Part shown: piece by piece, positions 1 to 10,958 of the stretch
Layout of the letters: each line of letters opens with the position of its first letter
Numbering within the stretch: position 1 is the first letter of the stretch
Translations under genes and position numbers: made by a program
Notes under the pieces: model-generated
Told to the model about the DNA's origin: nothing
The model's input: only the letters and a program-made list of their open reading frames with translations
Databases searched by the model: none
Origin: Squalus acanthias
Taxonomy: Eukaryota
Direction: 5' to 3'
Assembly: GCA_030390025.1 (NCBI GenBank)
Contig: CM059432.1
Location: 145,454,001-145,518,000 of the forward strand
DNA length: 64,000 nt

Positions 1-2000
1 AGCATCAAATGTAATATAAAAGCTTCCACCTGACAGCTGATCACGTCCCTCAGACAGAAGCTATTGCTAACTGCATTCCCAGAACAAATTGAGCTTTCTG
101 TAGGCTGCAAGTCTTTCCAGCAAAGTTTCCATCCAGTGTTACCTCATTGGAAGAACCTCTCTCACCACTGACAGATTGCTTCTGTCATCTCTACTTCACC
201 TGCCATGTGTTCCATCAACATGGGTGCCCTTTATACTGTCTCACCTTGGTCCTCAGAATCTGACCACGATGAGCCTCAACACCAGCAGCACCAGGCACAC
301 CAGCAGCACCAACAACAACAACACCAACCTTCTCCGCAATCACCTGATGCTGCACAGGACAGAGGGCATCAGCACCCGAGCACATTGCTGCCCGGGATGG
401 CTTCATCATGGCAAGATTTACTTAACTTTATGCTATGATGTGGAGATGCCAGTGTTGGACTGGGGTGGACAAATGTGAGAAGTCGTACAACACCAGGTTA
501 TAGTCCAACAGCTTTATTTGAAATCACAAGCTTTCGGAGCGCTGCCACCTGACGAAGCTGTTGGACTATCACCTGGTGTTGTGCGACTTCTCTAACTTTA
601 TGCTGTACACCCATATGGCTGCGACATGATGCACCAGGTTGGTACCACCCCACAACACCATAAAGCATCCCTACAATGACCAAGCCATTCCTTTCACACT
701 CACCACCATTGCTGGAGGTACAATTTTGTCTCACCATTCACTGCAACTCACTAAGCCACTTCCAAAGGTGCACACAAATCTTTGCAAGACCGGAAAGTGT
801 TGAAAATAAAGATTTTTATGTTTGACAGCACAATAACGGAAACTTTACATAAACTTTGGATAAAACACCCATGTGGCTACCCTTGTGAATCTACCCGAGT
901 CATCTTTCTCTTCCGCGTGCTTCTACAAGGTGCTACCCCTGTGGCTTCAGCAGAGGTAGAGGCAGCCTGCTCACTTCCCTGCTGTCAAGAAGCTGGAGAG
1001 CACCTTGCTGCACATCAGTGGGGTCATGAGGACCCACGTCTACGCTGACATCTTTCCTAGAGAAGAGGTCTATGAGCCACTGCCATCTATTCTCCATAAA
1101 TAGCCTTCTATTCTACGTAGAAACCATGTGCACCTGTGAGTGGCACATTAGCTGCTCCATGTAAGTGGCCATCCTATCCATGGAGGTGCCTACAGTCGCC
1201 ATCGCCTGTGACACGATGTTGCTCATGTTGGAGATGGACTCCTCCATTGTCTGAACATTTGCAGACATCGCACTCACAAAACCTGTCAGAGCCCCCTGCA
1301 CTTCTTCCTGCACCTCCAGGATCGCCCTCTTTCTGGATGCCCCCCGCCCCCCCGAGGCTCAGCGTCTGCATGCAGATGAGCAGAGCTAGGACAGTCCTGT
1401 GCCCTCCGGTGAGGACTCTCTACTGCTGTCCCTGTCTCCACCATCTGCTCATGCTCACTTGTGAGTTGTGAGACACCAGGTGACAACACTACTCGATGTC
1501 GCGTGGGACCCACCCAGGTGTGCGTATCTGCGCTGCTGCTGGGTGCACTTATGTCTAGTGACGGTGCGCCCTCAGAGGCTGGAGGCTCCTCTGAGGAGTT
1601 CTCTTCCTCTTCCTCCTGGAACGTTGGTGGGGGGTGGGGCGCTCTTGATGGACCCGTGGGAGAGTAAAGAGATGAGCTGGATATGCCATATGAAGAATGG
1701 GTACACATACCATTATGCACATGATCACCATTCAGTGGCTGATGACATCAGTCCCCATATGAGTGACTGATGTATGCCACGTAGCTGTATGATATGCAGT
1801 TCTGTCACCAGGTTGCAGAGATGTCCCTCTCTCTCCGTCTCCCACCTCCTTTGCTGTTGTGAGGGTGGAAAATGATGGAGGCCCACCTCCAGTTCTCTCC
1901 CGCTCCCTCTTATTGTGCACTCTCTGGGTGGTCATTTGGAAATAGATGTGACAACAGGTTCATCTGCATTGGAAACACCTTACGGACTGCTATCCTGAAG
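1..2000. mobile_element. Degenerate PIF/Harbinger element (transposase 5' remnant on +, Myb/SANT-protein C-terminal remnants on -); boundaries approximate
   Basis: Approximately 130-830 is the reverse complement of ~39700-40250 inside the TIR-bounded Harbinger at 38969-40679. Acidic and coiled-coil minus-strand ORF pieces at 1113-1720 fit Harbinger ORF2. Confidence 0.6.
437..598. mobile_element. Collapsed inverted-repeat fragment of a Penelope-like terminal repeat
   Basis: Arms agaagtcgtacaacaccaggttatagtccaacagc (478-512) and gctgttggactatcacctggtgttgtgcgacttct (557-591) enclose partial hammerhead motifs (ctttcggagcgc, ctgacga). Confidence 0.55.
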
Positions 2001-2571
2001 ATCACAAGGAATCCCACTTGGAGGCCGGGGCATGAGAAGGGTCAGAGAAGCTGGCCTTCCCTCAATGAGCTGGCACATGTTTGCATTCCAAACAAATCCT
2101 CAAAGGAGTGAGACTGTGTCATACTGCAGGCAGCTGTTGGCAGTTACTGTATCACTACATAATCTTGCACCCAACTATGTTGTTACCTCCTTCAATAAAC
2201 ACTTTTTCATAGTGTTAGGTTGAGGAATAGGACAAGCACATCATATAGGGCTACCAAGAGGAAGCACAACATAACTATTAGAGTGTTTAGCACAATGTAA
2301 ATAGCAATAAATAAATAAGTAGAGATTTTTTATTTATCAGTTATCTGAGTACTGTTTATCAGTTGTGATTGTGGCAAGATTGTAAGTGCTGGTATGGGCA
2401 GAAAAAGGGAAATACAGGTTATAAGAACATAAGGTCCATTGAGGTTCAAGGTGACCACATCTGCAGCAAATGTTGGCTGCTCAAGGAACTTCGGCTCAGA
2501 GTTGATGAGCTGGAGTCCGAGATTCAGACACTGCGACACATTAGGGAGGGGGAGCGTTACCTGGACACTAA

Positions 2572-3463
2572 GGGGGAGAAATTCAGTATCGCCCCATTTG
2601 GGGCGCAATTATCGGCCGGGCGGAAAGATTAGCGCCTGGCGCTAATTATCGCCACCGACTGCAAACTTGACTTTTATCGCCCCTGGAGGTGATTGGAGCG
2701 CTAAATCAGGCGCTTCACATCTGTCTTAAGGCGCAAAGGCCTGGGAGCGAGGCGCTACCTCAGAGCGCTGGCGAAGCTCATGTGATGTCAGTCAGCAACG
2801 GAACACACACACAATGGCATGGGCCAGTTCTTAAAGGGGAGGGTTGATCTTGCTTTCCATCCACATCCTGCTCATTGCAGCCTTGAATCTCGGCCTGGAG
2901 AGACCTGCACATCAAATCTGCTGGAAAGAACAATGGAGAGTACCAGGGAAAGAGCTCAGAGTGCAGCCCCCACAGTCTCTTCTAAATCGATACAAGGAAT
3001 GGCAAATCAAAATGAACCTGTAAAGTGCTGCTCAGTACCCAAAACTCCTTCACACAGCGTTGAATCTCTCCAGAAGACTCTCTCCCTCTCTCTCAGAATG
3101 CGTGGTTCAAAAATGGCACCAAGAATAAAAGGCAGGAAGCGGTCGCCTTTAAATAGCGCTCCCCCAGTCCCTTCATGACTGCAAAACGCTCCCCTCAACA
3201 TGTCGTTGCTAGCGTCAGGCGGTAAGGCAGGGGGCGCCACTCAATATCCGCTCCGGGGCGATACTGGGGCGTTGCGCACTCGACTGACGTCACGATCTGC
3301 CGGCGCAGGAGATCGTGGTGGTAGTGTTTAGCGCCGCCGCAAAGTGTCTAGTTAATTTCGCGAGCGGCGCAAACATCGCCGCGCCTGGGCGCTAATGATT
3401 TGCGCCCCATTAGCGCCCTCTTAAGGCGCTAACGGGAGGCGCAACCAACTGAATTTTTCCCCC
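2572..3463. mobile_element. PIF/Harbinger-type MITE inserted in CR1 ORF1
   Basis: TIRs GGGGGAGAAATTCAGT / ACTGAATTTTTCCCCC; TAA target duplication at 2569-2571 and 3464-3466. Removing it restores ORF1 collinearity with the copy at 13660. Confidence 0.92.
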
Positions 3464-4276
3464 TAAGTTCCAGGAGGCAGTCACACCCAATAGAGTATTT
3501 ACTTCCAATTTGGCCCATGGTCAGGGACAGGAGGGTGTGACTACAAGCGAGGCAGGTATTGGGATCCAGGAGGTAGTGATGGAGGAGCCTCTGCCCTTGG
3601 CCTTGTCCAACAGGTATGTGATTCTTGCTCCCTGTGTGGACGAGGGCAGGGACTGCAGGGAGGATGAGCAATCTGACCACAGCACCGTGGTACAGGGAGC
3701 CATTCAAGTGGGGGGAGTAAAAAGAAATGTTGTAGTGATAGGGGATAGTATAGTTAGGGGGATAGACACTGTTCTCTGCAGCCGAGAGCGTGAGTCCCGA
3801 AGGCTGTGTTGCCTGCCCGGTGACAGGGTTAAGGACATCTCCTCTGGGCTGGAGAGAAACTTGAAGTGGGAGGGGGAGGATCCAGTTGTCATGGTCCACG
3901 TAGGCACCAATGACATAGGTAGGACAAAGAAAGAGGTTCTGCTGAGAGAGTATGAGCAGCTAGGGGCTAAATTAAAAAGCAGAACCACAAAGGTAATAAT
4001 CTCTGGATTACCACTTGAGCCACGAGCGAATTTGCATAGGGTAAATAAGATCAGAGAAATGAATGAGTGGCTCAAAGACTAGTGTGGGAGAAATGGGTTT
4101 CGATTTGTGGGGCACTGGCACCAGTACTGGGATAAGAGTTTGAACGGGCTTCACTTGAACCATGCTGGGGCTAGAGTCCTGGCGAATCGAATAACTAGGG
4201 CTGTAGAGAGGGCTTTAAACTAAATAGTGGGGGGGGGGGGGGGGAGGATCCAGGTGAGCGGGAATTTAAAAAGTCA

Positions 4277-6973
4277 ATGAGAAATGAGAAAGCAATAGAG
4301 CAGGATAGAGATGGAGGAAATAATAACCAGAGTGTGACAGGAAGGGACAGAATGTTTAAAAATAAGAGTGCAAGAGAAAATGGGGCCAAAACAAGGAGAA
4401 ATGATAAAAAGACAAAGTTAAAAGCTCTATATCTGAATGCACGCAGCATTCGGAACAAGATAGATGAGTTGACGGCACAAATAGATACAAATGGGTATGA
4501 TCTGATTGCCATTACAGAGACGTGGTTGCAAGATGATCAGGGCTGGGAACTGAATATTCCAGGTTATTTGACAATTCGGAAGGATAGACAGAAAGGAAAG
4601 GGAGGTGGGGTGGCTTTGTTGGTAAAGGATGGGATCAGTGCAATGGTGAGAAGTGATATTGGCTCAGAAGATCAAGATGTAGAATTGGTTTGGGTGGAGA
4701 TAAAAATTAATAAAGGGAAAAAGTCTCTGGTGGGCATAGTCTACAGGCCCCCAAACAGTAGCAATACTGTTGGACAGAGTATAAATCAACAAATAATAGA
4801 GGCCTGTAAAAAAGGTACGGTAATAATCATGGGTGATTTTAATCTCCATATTGATAGGACAAATCAAATTGGCCATGGTAGCCTTGAGGAGGAATACATA
4901 GAGTGCATCCGGGATGGTTTCCTAGAACAGTATGTAATGGAACCGACCAGGGAGCAGGCTATCTTGGATCTGGTACTGTGTAATGAGACAGAATTAATAA
5001 ATGATCTCATAGTAAAGGATCCTCGAGGAAAGAGTGATCATAGCATGGTTGAATTTCAAATTCAGTTGGAGGGTGAGAAAGTTGTATCTCAAACCAGTGA
5101 CCTGATCTTAAACAAAGGCAATTACAATGGCATGAGGGCAGAACTGGCTAAAGTGGACTGGAAAAATAAATTAAAGGGTAAGACAGTTGAAATGCAGTGG
5201 CGGACATTTAAGGAGATATTTCATAACTCTCAACAAAAATATATTCCAGTGAGAAAGAAAGATTTTAAGAGAAGGAAGCACCATCCGTGGCTAACTAAGG
5301 AAGTAAAGGATGGTATCAAATTGAAAACGAAGGCATACAATGTTGCCAAGATTGGTGGGAGACCGGAGGATTGGGAAATTTTTAAAAACCAGCAAAGGAT
5401 GACTAAAAAATTAATGAAGAGAGAGATCAATTATGAGAGTAAACTGGCAAGAAACATTAAAACAGATAGTAAGAGCTTCTACAGGTATATAAAAAGGAAG
5501 AGGGTAGCTAAAGTAAATGTTGGTCCCTTAGAGGATGAGACTGGGGAATTAATAATGGGGAACGGGGAAATGGCAGAGACTCTGAACAAATATTTTGTAT
5601 CTGTCTTCACGGTAGAAGACACTAACAACATCCCAATAATGGATAATCAAGGGGCCACAGGGAGGGGGGAACTAAAGACAATCACTATCACTAAGGAAAT
5701 AGTACTTGGTAAAATAATGGGACTAAAAGATGACAAGTCCCCTGGACCAGATGGCCTGCATCCCAGGGTCTTAAAAGAAGTGGCTGCAGAGATAGTGGAT
5801 GCATTGGTTGCAATATATCAAAATTCCCTGGACTCTGGAGAGGTCCCAGCGGATTGGAAAACCGCAAATGTAACACCCCTGTTTAAGAAAGGAGGGAGAC
5901 AGAAAGCGGGAAACTATAGACCAGTTAGTCTAACATCTGTCGTTGGGAAAATGCTGGAGTCCTTCATTAAGGAAGCAGTAGCAGGGCATTTGGAAAATCA
6001 TAATGCAGTCAAGCAGAGTCAGCATGGTTTTATGAAAGGGAAATCATGTTTAACAAATTTGCTGGAGTTCTTGGAGGAGGTAACGAGCAGGGTGGACAAA
6101 GGTGAACCAGTGGATGTGGTGTATTTGGATTTCCAGAAGGCATTCTATAAGGTGCCACATAAAAGGTTACTGCATAAGATAAGAGCTCACGGAATTGGGG
6201 GTAATATATTAGCATGGATAGAGAATTGGCTAACTAACAGAAAGCAGAGAGTTGGGATAAATGGGTCATTTTCCGGTTGGCAAAAGGTAACTAGTGGGGT
6301 GTCACAGGGATCGGTGCTCGGGCCTCAACTATTTACAATCTACATTAATGACTTGGATGAAGGGACCGAGTGTAATGTAGCCAAGTTTGCGGATGATACA
6401 AAGATGGGTGGGAAAGCAAGTTGTGCAGAGGACTCAAAGAACCTGCAAAGGGATATAGACAGGCTAAGTGAGTGGCCAAACATTTGGCAGATGGGGTATA
6501 ATGTGGGAAAGTGCGAGATTATACACTTTGGCAGGAAAAATAAAAAAGCAAATTATTATTTAAATGGAGAGAGATTACAAAATGCTACAGTTCAGAGGGA
6601 CCTGGGGGTCCTTGTGCATGAAACACAAAAAGTTAGCATGCAGGTACAGCAAGTAATCAAAAAGGCAAATGGAATGTTGGCCTTTATTTCAAAGGGGTTG
6701 GAGTATAAAAGCAGGGAAGTCCTGCTACAACTGTACTGGGTATTGGTGAGACCACACATTGAGTACTGTGTACAGTTTTGGTCTCCTTATTTAAGGAAGG
6801 ATATACTTGCATTGGAGGCAGTTCAGAGACGATTCACTAGGTTAATTCCAGAGATGAGGGGGTTGACTTACGAGGAAAGGTTGAGCAGGCTGGGCCTATA
6901 CTCATTGGAATTTAGAAGAATGAGAGGTGATCTTATTGAAACATATAAGATACTGAGGGGCTCAACAAGGTAG
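4277..6973 (+). CDS. CR1 ORF2 (APE endonuclease + reverse transcriptase), 898 aa; frameshift near 6960 removes the C-terminal tail
   Basis: YLNARS, ITETW, GDFN, SDH endonuclease motifs; QGSVLGP and KFADD RT motifs. Confidence 0.9.
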   Translation: MRNEKAIEQDRDGGNNNQSVTGRDRMFKNKSARENGAKTRRNDKKTKLKALYLNARSIRNKIDELTAQIDTNGYDLIAITETWLQDDQGWELNIPGYLTIRKDRQKGKGGGVALLVKDGISAMVRSDIGSEDQDVELVWVEIKINKGKKSLVGIVYRPPNSSNTVGQSINQQIIEACKKGTVIIMGDFNLHIDRTNQIGHGSLEEEYIECIRDGFLEQYVMEPTREQAILDLVLCNETELINDLIVKDPRGKSDHSMVEFQIQLEGEKVVSQTSDLILNKGNYNGMRAELAKVDWKNKLKGKTVEMQWRTFKEIFHNSQQKYIPVRKKDFKRRKHHPWLTKEVKDGIKLKTKAYNVAKIGGRPEDWEIFKNQQRMTKKLMKREINYESKLARNIKTDSKSFYRYIKRKRVAKVNVGPLEDETGELIMGNGEMAETLNKYFVSVFTVEDTNNIPIMDNQGATGRGELKTITITKEIVLGKIMGLKDDKSPGPDGLHPRVLKEVAAEIVDALVAIYQNSLDSGEVPADWKTANVTPLFKKGGRQKAGNYRPVSLTSVVGKMLESFIKEAVAGHLENHNAVKQSQHGFMKGKSCLTNLLEFLEEVTSRVDKGEPVDVVYLDFQKAFYKVPHKRLLHKIRAHGIGGNILAWIENWLTNRKQRVGINGSFSGWQKVTSGVSQGSVLGPQLFTIYINDLDEGTECNVAKFADDTKMGGKASCAEDSKNLQRDIDRLSEWPNIWQMGYNVGKCEIIHFGRKNKKANYYLNGERLQNATVQRDLGVLVHETQKVSMQVQQVIKKANGMLAFISKGLEYKSREVLLQLYWVLVRPHIEYCVQFWSPYLRKDILALEAVQRRFTRLIPEMRGLTYEERLSRLGLYSLEFRRMRGDLIETYKILRGSTR

Positions 6974-7314
6974 ATGCAGAGAGGATGTTTCCCCTCGTGG
7001 GGAAATCTAGAACGCGGGGGCACAGTTTTAGAATAAAGGGTCGCCCTTTTAGACTGAGATGAGGAGGAATTTCTTCTCTCAGAGGGTCGTAAATCTGTGG
7101 AATTCTCTGCCCCAGAGAGCTGTGGAGGCTGGGTCATTAAATACATTTAAGGTGGAGATAGACAGATTTTTGCAAGATAAGGGAGTGAAGGGTTATGGGG
7201 AGCGGGCGGGGAAGTGGCTTTGAGCCCAAGATCAGCCATGATCTTATTGAATGGTGGAGCAGGCTCGAGGGGCCAAGTGGCCTATTCCTGCTCCTATTTC
7301 TTATGTTCTTATGT

Positions 7315-7406
7315 AAGGAATAGGAGCAGGAGTAGGCCATTCGCCATTCAATAAGATCATAGCTGATCTTCTACGTCAACTCCAACTTCCCGCACTATCC
7401 CCATAT
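7315..7406 (-). mobile_element. Short CR1 3'-end fragment, tail-to-tail with the preceding CR1
   Basis: Reverse complement of the CR1 3' stem-loop (gaatggcctactcctgctccta). Confidence 0.7.
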
Positions 7407-7719
7407 CAAAGGTCAAGTGATGGAAATGTGTCCCATACTCATGGAAGCTACAATGGGTTTACTTTCATAGCACAACCACATCTGGACAGTGGCAGGAAAT
7501 TTCCATTCCTGAAAGTAGTTGGCAATCAGTGCATTTTGCTCCAGTCTGCTTATCTGCACATCAGCTCACTCTATGTGGGCCTCCTCCATCTGCTGGGGTT
7601 CTGTGGTCCCATTGGGCTATTGATGACCATTCCACTTCTGATGGCTAAATTGTGATAGATATAGCAGATCATTCTCACCATGGCTAGACTGTACAGGATA
7701 TCCATGTGAGCAGTCCAAA

Positions 7720-10067
7720 TTTTTTTTTATGGGATGTGGGCATCGCTGGCAAGGCCAGCATTTATTGCCCATCCCTAATTGCCCTTGAGAAGGTGGTGGT
7801 GAGCCGCCTTCTTGAACCGCTGCAGTCCGTGTGGTGAAGGTACTCCCACAGTGCTGTTAGGTAGGGGGTTCCAGGATTTTGACCCAGCGACGATGAAGGA
7901 TCGGCGATATACTTCTAAGTCAGGATGGTGTGTGACTTGGAGGGGAACTTGGTGGTGTTCCCTTGCGCCTGCTGCACTTGTCCTTCTAGGTGGAAGAGGT
8001 CGCGGGTTTGGAAGGTGCTGCCGAAGAAGCCTTGGCAAATTGCTGCAGTGCATCTTGTAGATGGTACACACTGCAGCCACGGCACGCCGGTGGTGGAGGG
8101 AGTGAATGTTTAAGGTGGTAGATGGGGTGCCAATCAAGCGGGCTGCTTTGTCCTGTATGGTGTCGAGCTTCTTGAGTGTTGTTGGAGCTGCATTCATCCA
8201 GGCAAGTGGAGAGTATTCCATCACACTCCTTACTTGTGCCCTGTAGATGGTAGAAAGACTTTGGGGAGTCAGGAGGTGAGACACTCGCCACAGAATACCT
8301 AACCTCTGACCTGCTCTTGTTGCCACAGTATTTATGTGGCTGGTCAAGTTAAGTTTCTGGTCAATGGTGACACCCAGGATGTTGATGGTGGGGGATTCGG
8401 CGATGGTAATGCCATTGAATGTGAAGGGGTGGTGGTTAGACTCTCGCTTGGTGGAGATAGTCATTGCCTGGCACTTCTGTGGCACGAATGTTACCTGCCA
8501 CTTATCAGCCCAAGCCTGAACGTCGTCCAGGTCTTGTTGCATGCGGGCATGGACTACTTCATTATCTAAGGAGTTGTGAATGGCACTGAACACTGTGCAG
8601 TCATCAGCGAGCATCCCCATTTCTGACCTTATGTTGGAGGGAAGGTCATTTATGAAGCAGCTGAATATGGTTGGGCCTAGGACACTGCCCTGAGGAACTC
8701 CTGCAGCGATGTCCTGGGGCTGTGATGATTGACCTTCAACCACCGCAACCATCTTCCTTTGTGCTCGGTATGACTCCAACCAGTGGAGAGTTTTCCCCCC
8801 CGATTCCCATTGACTTCAGTTTTACTAGGGCTCCTTCATGCCACACTCAGTCAAATGCTGTCTTGATGTCAAGGGCAGCTCCTTTGTCCATGTTTGGACC
8901 AAGGCTGTAATGAGGTCGGGAGCAGAGTGGTCTTGGCGGAACCCAAACTGGGCATCAGTGAGCAGGTTATTGGTGAGTAAGTGCCGCTTGATAGCACTGT
9001 CGATGACACCTTCCATCATTTTGCTGATGATTGAGAGTAGACTGATGGAGCGGTAATTGGCCGGATTGGATTTGTCCTGCTTTTTGTGGACAGGACATAC
9101 CTGGGCAGTTTTCCACATTGTCGGATAGATGCCAGTGTTGTAGCTGTACTGGAACAGCTGGGCTAGAGGCGCAGATAGTTCTGGAGCACAAGTCTTCAGC
9201 ACGATAGCCGGGATGTTGTCGGGACCCATAGCCTTTGCTGTATCCAGCGCGCTCAGCCATTTCTTGATATCACGTGGAGTGACACGAATTGGCTGAAGAC
9301 TAGCTTCTGTGATGGTGGGGACCTCAGGAGGAGGCCAATATGGGTCATCCACTCGGCACTTTTGGCTGAAGATGGTTGCAAACGCTTCAGCCTTGTCTTT
9401 TGCACTCACGTGCTGGGCTCCACCATCATTGAGGATGGGGATATTTGTGGAGCCTCCTCCTCCCGTTATTTGTTTAATGGTCCACCACCATTCATGACTG
9501 GATGTGGCAGGACTGCAGAGCTTTGATTTGTGCGTTGATTGTGGGATCGCTTAGCCTTGTCTATAGCATGCTGCTTCCGCTTTTTAGCATGCATGTAGTC
9601 CTGTGTTGCAGCTTCCCCAGGTTGGCACCTCATTTTTAGGTATGCCTGGTGCTGCTCCTGGCATGCTCTTCTACACTCCTTATTGAACCAGGGTTGGTCC
9701 CCTGGCTTGATGGTAATGGTAGAGTGAGGGATATGCCAGGCCATGAGGTTACAGATTGTGGTGGAATACAATTCTGCTGCTGCTGATGGCCCACAATGCC
9801 TCATGGATGCCCAGTTTTGAGCTGCTAGATCTGTTCTGAATCTATCGCACTTAGCACGGTGGTAGTGCCACACAACACGATGGAGGGTGTCCTCAGTGTG
9901 AAGACGGGACTTCGTCTCCACAATGACTGTGCAGTAGTCACTGCTACCAATACTGTCATGGACAGATGCATCTGCGACAGGTAGATTGGTGAGGACGAGG
10001 TCAAGTAGGTTTTTCCCTCTTGTTGGTTCTCTCACCACCTGTCGCAGGCCCAGACTGGCAGCTATGT
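7720..10067 (-). mobile_element. 5'-truncated LINE of a second family (L2/Crack-like, CR1 group), RT fragments
   Basis: ORFs 9466-10152, 8825-9409 and 7775-8779 with QGSVLGP and LADD; 3' end ...gggcaattagggatgggcaataaatgctggcc... plus A-tail. Confidence 0.9.
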
Positions 10068-10800
10068 CATAATGGAAGTATTGCTTGAGCATACCTTTAC
10101 AATATTCTCGTGGTACCATGAGTTTCATTATAGTAATGCTTTGCTTCTGCATGAGGGTTTATGTTGGGTGTCATCAGCCAGGGCTGTAAAGGGTAGTTCT
10201 GGTCTTCCAAAGGTCATCCATTCCTTCTGTTGGGTCCTTCAAATAGTTGGTACATAGTGGACTGAGATAGAATGAGTCAGGGGTGGTACCAGGAAAGCAG
10301 GCACTGATGTACAGAGTGACAGTTGTTTGGTCAGTAATTACCTGTGCATTTATGAAGTGGAACCCTCTCCTGTTTATATAAATGTTAGGGTTCACACGTG
10401 GAGCCCTGATGGTTACATTGGTTCTATCTACAATGCTTTGTACTTTTAAAAATATGCCTCTCTGAAAAAATCCTGTGCCCACTCCAGTTGCTGGGGTCTT
10501 CCATTCATGGATGTAGTCTGAAGGTCAGCTAGCAGAAGGCTAGCATTTCAGTAACGGCCTCTCTGCTGAGGCGAAGGCATTGGAGACAGGTCTCCTTTGA
10601 CATCCCATGTATGTGTGGTGTAGTCTGCAAGTGCACATAGCACCTGTGGTACCTTTGTACCCCAAGATGGTGATGCCTCATCTATTCATACTCCTCAACC
10701 AGGAATAGCAGAAGAGATTCCCATCATCCCACCTTGGTTTCCTTGGATATTGTGCAGCAACAGCCAAAAATTACAGAAAAATTGAGTGTTAGCAAAATAC
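10068..10800 (-). mobile_element. Old Harbinger DDE transposase remnant
   Basis: Peptides VQSIVDRTNVTIRAP..YINRRGFHFINAQV..FPGTTPDSF and NYPLQPWLMTP...YNETHGTTR resemble the HARBI1/Harbinger catalytic core. Confidence 0.75.
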
Positions 10801-10958
10801 AGGCTGCAGCAAAAGAGACCAAAAAAGGAGGCTTCCACATATCTGCAAAATATAAAATGCAGTATTACACAAATGCCTAGTAACTGGCCCCAAAACTGAG
10901 CAAAAATTGGCAAAACTGCTAAAGCACAAGTACAAAAAATAATCAAATAGGCTAATGG

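Larger units (their letters stand above)
2330..7314 (+). mobile_element. Near full-length CR1-clade LINE (ORF1 broken by MITE and stop; long ORF2)
   Basis: ORF1 with CxxC and SGNH esterase motifs (GDS, HVGTND); ORF2 EN+RT; CR1-type 3' end ...ctcctatttcttatgttcttatg. Confidence 0.95.

Noticed and set aside
205..438. Gln/His-rich ORF as a host polyQ protein
   Set aside because: Lies inside a Harbinger derivative; the homologous copy near 40085-40170 has a shorter tract.
3429..4075. Antisense ORFs over CR1 ORF1 (also 13882-14453) and similar shadow ORFs over LINE RT regions
   Set aside because: They recur only because the underlying repeats are homologous; no recognisable motifs.
4229..4244. 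Poly-G tract between CR1 ORF1 and ORF2 as a regulatory element
   Set aside because: A shorter G-run occurs at the same place in the second copy; simple slippage or sequencing length uncertainty explains it.
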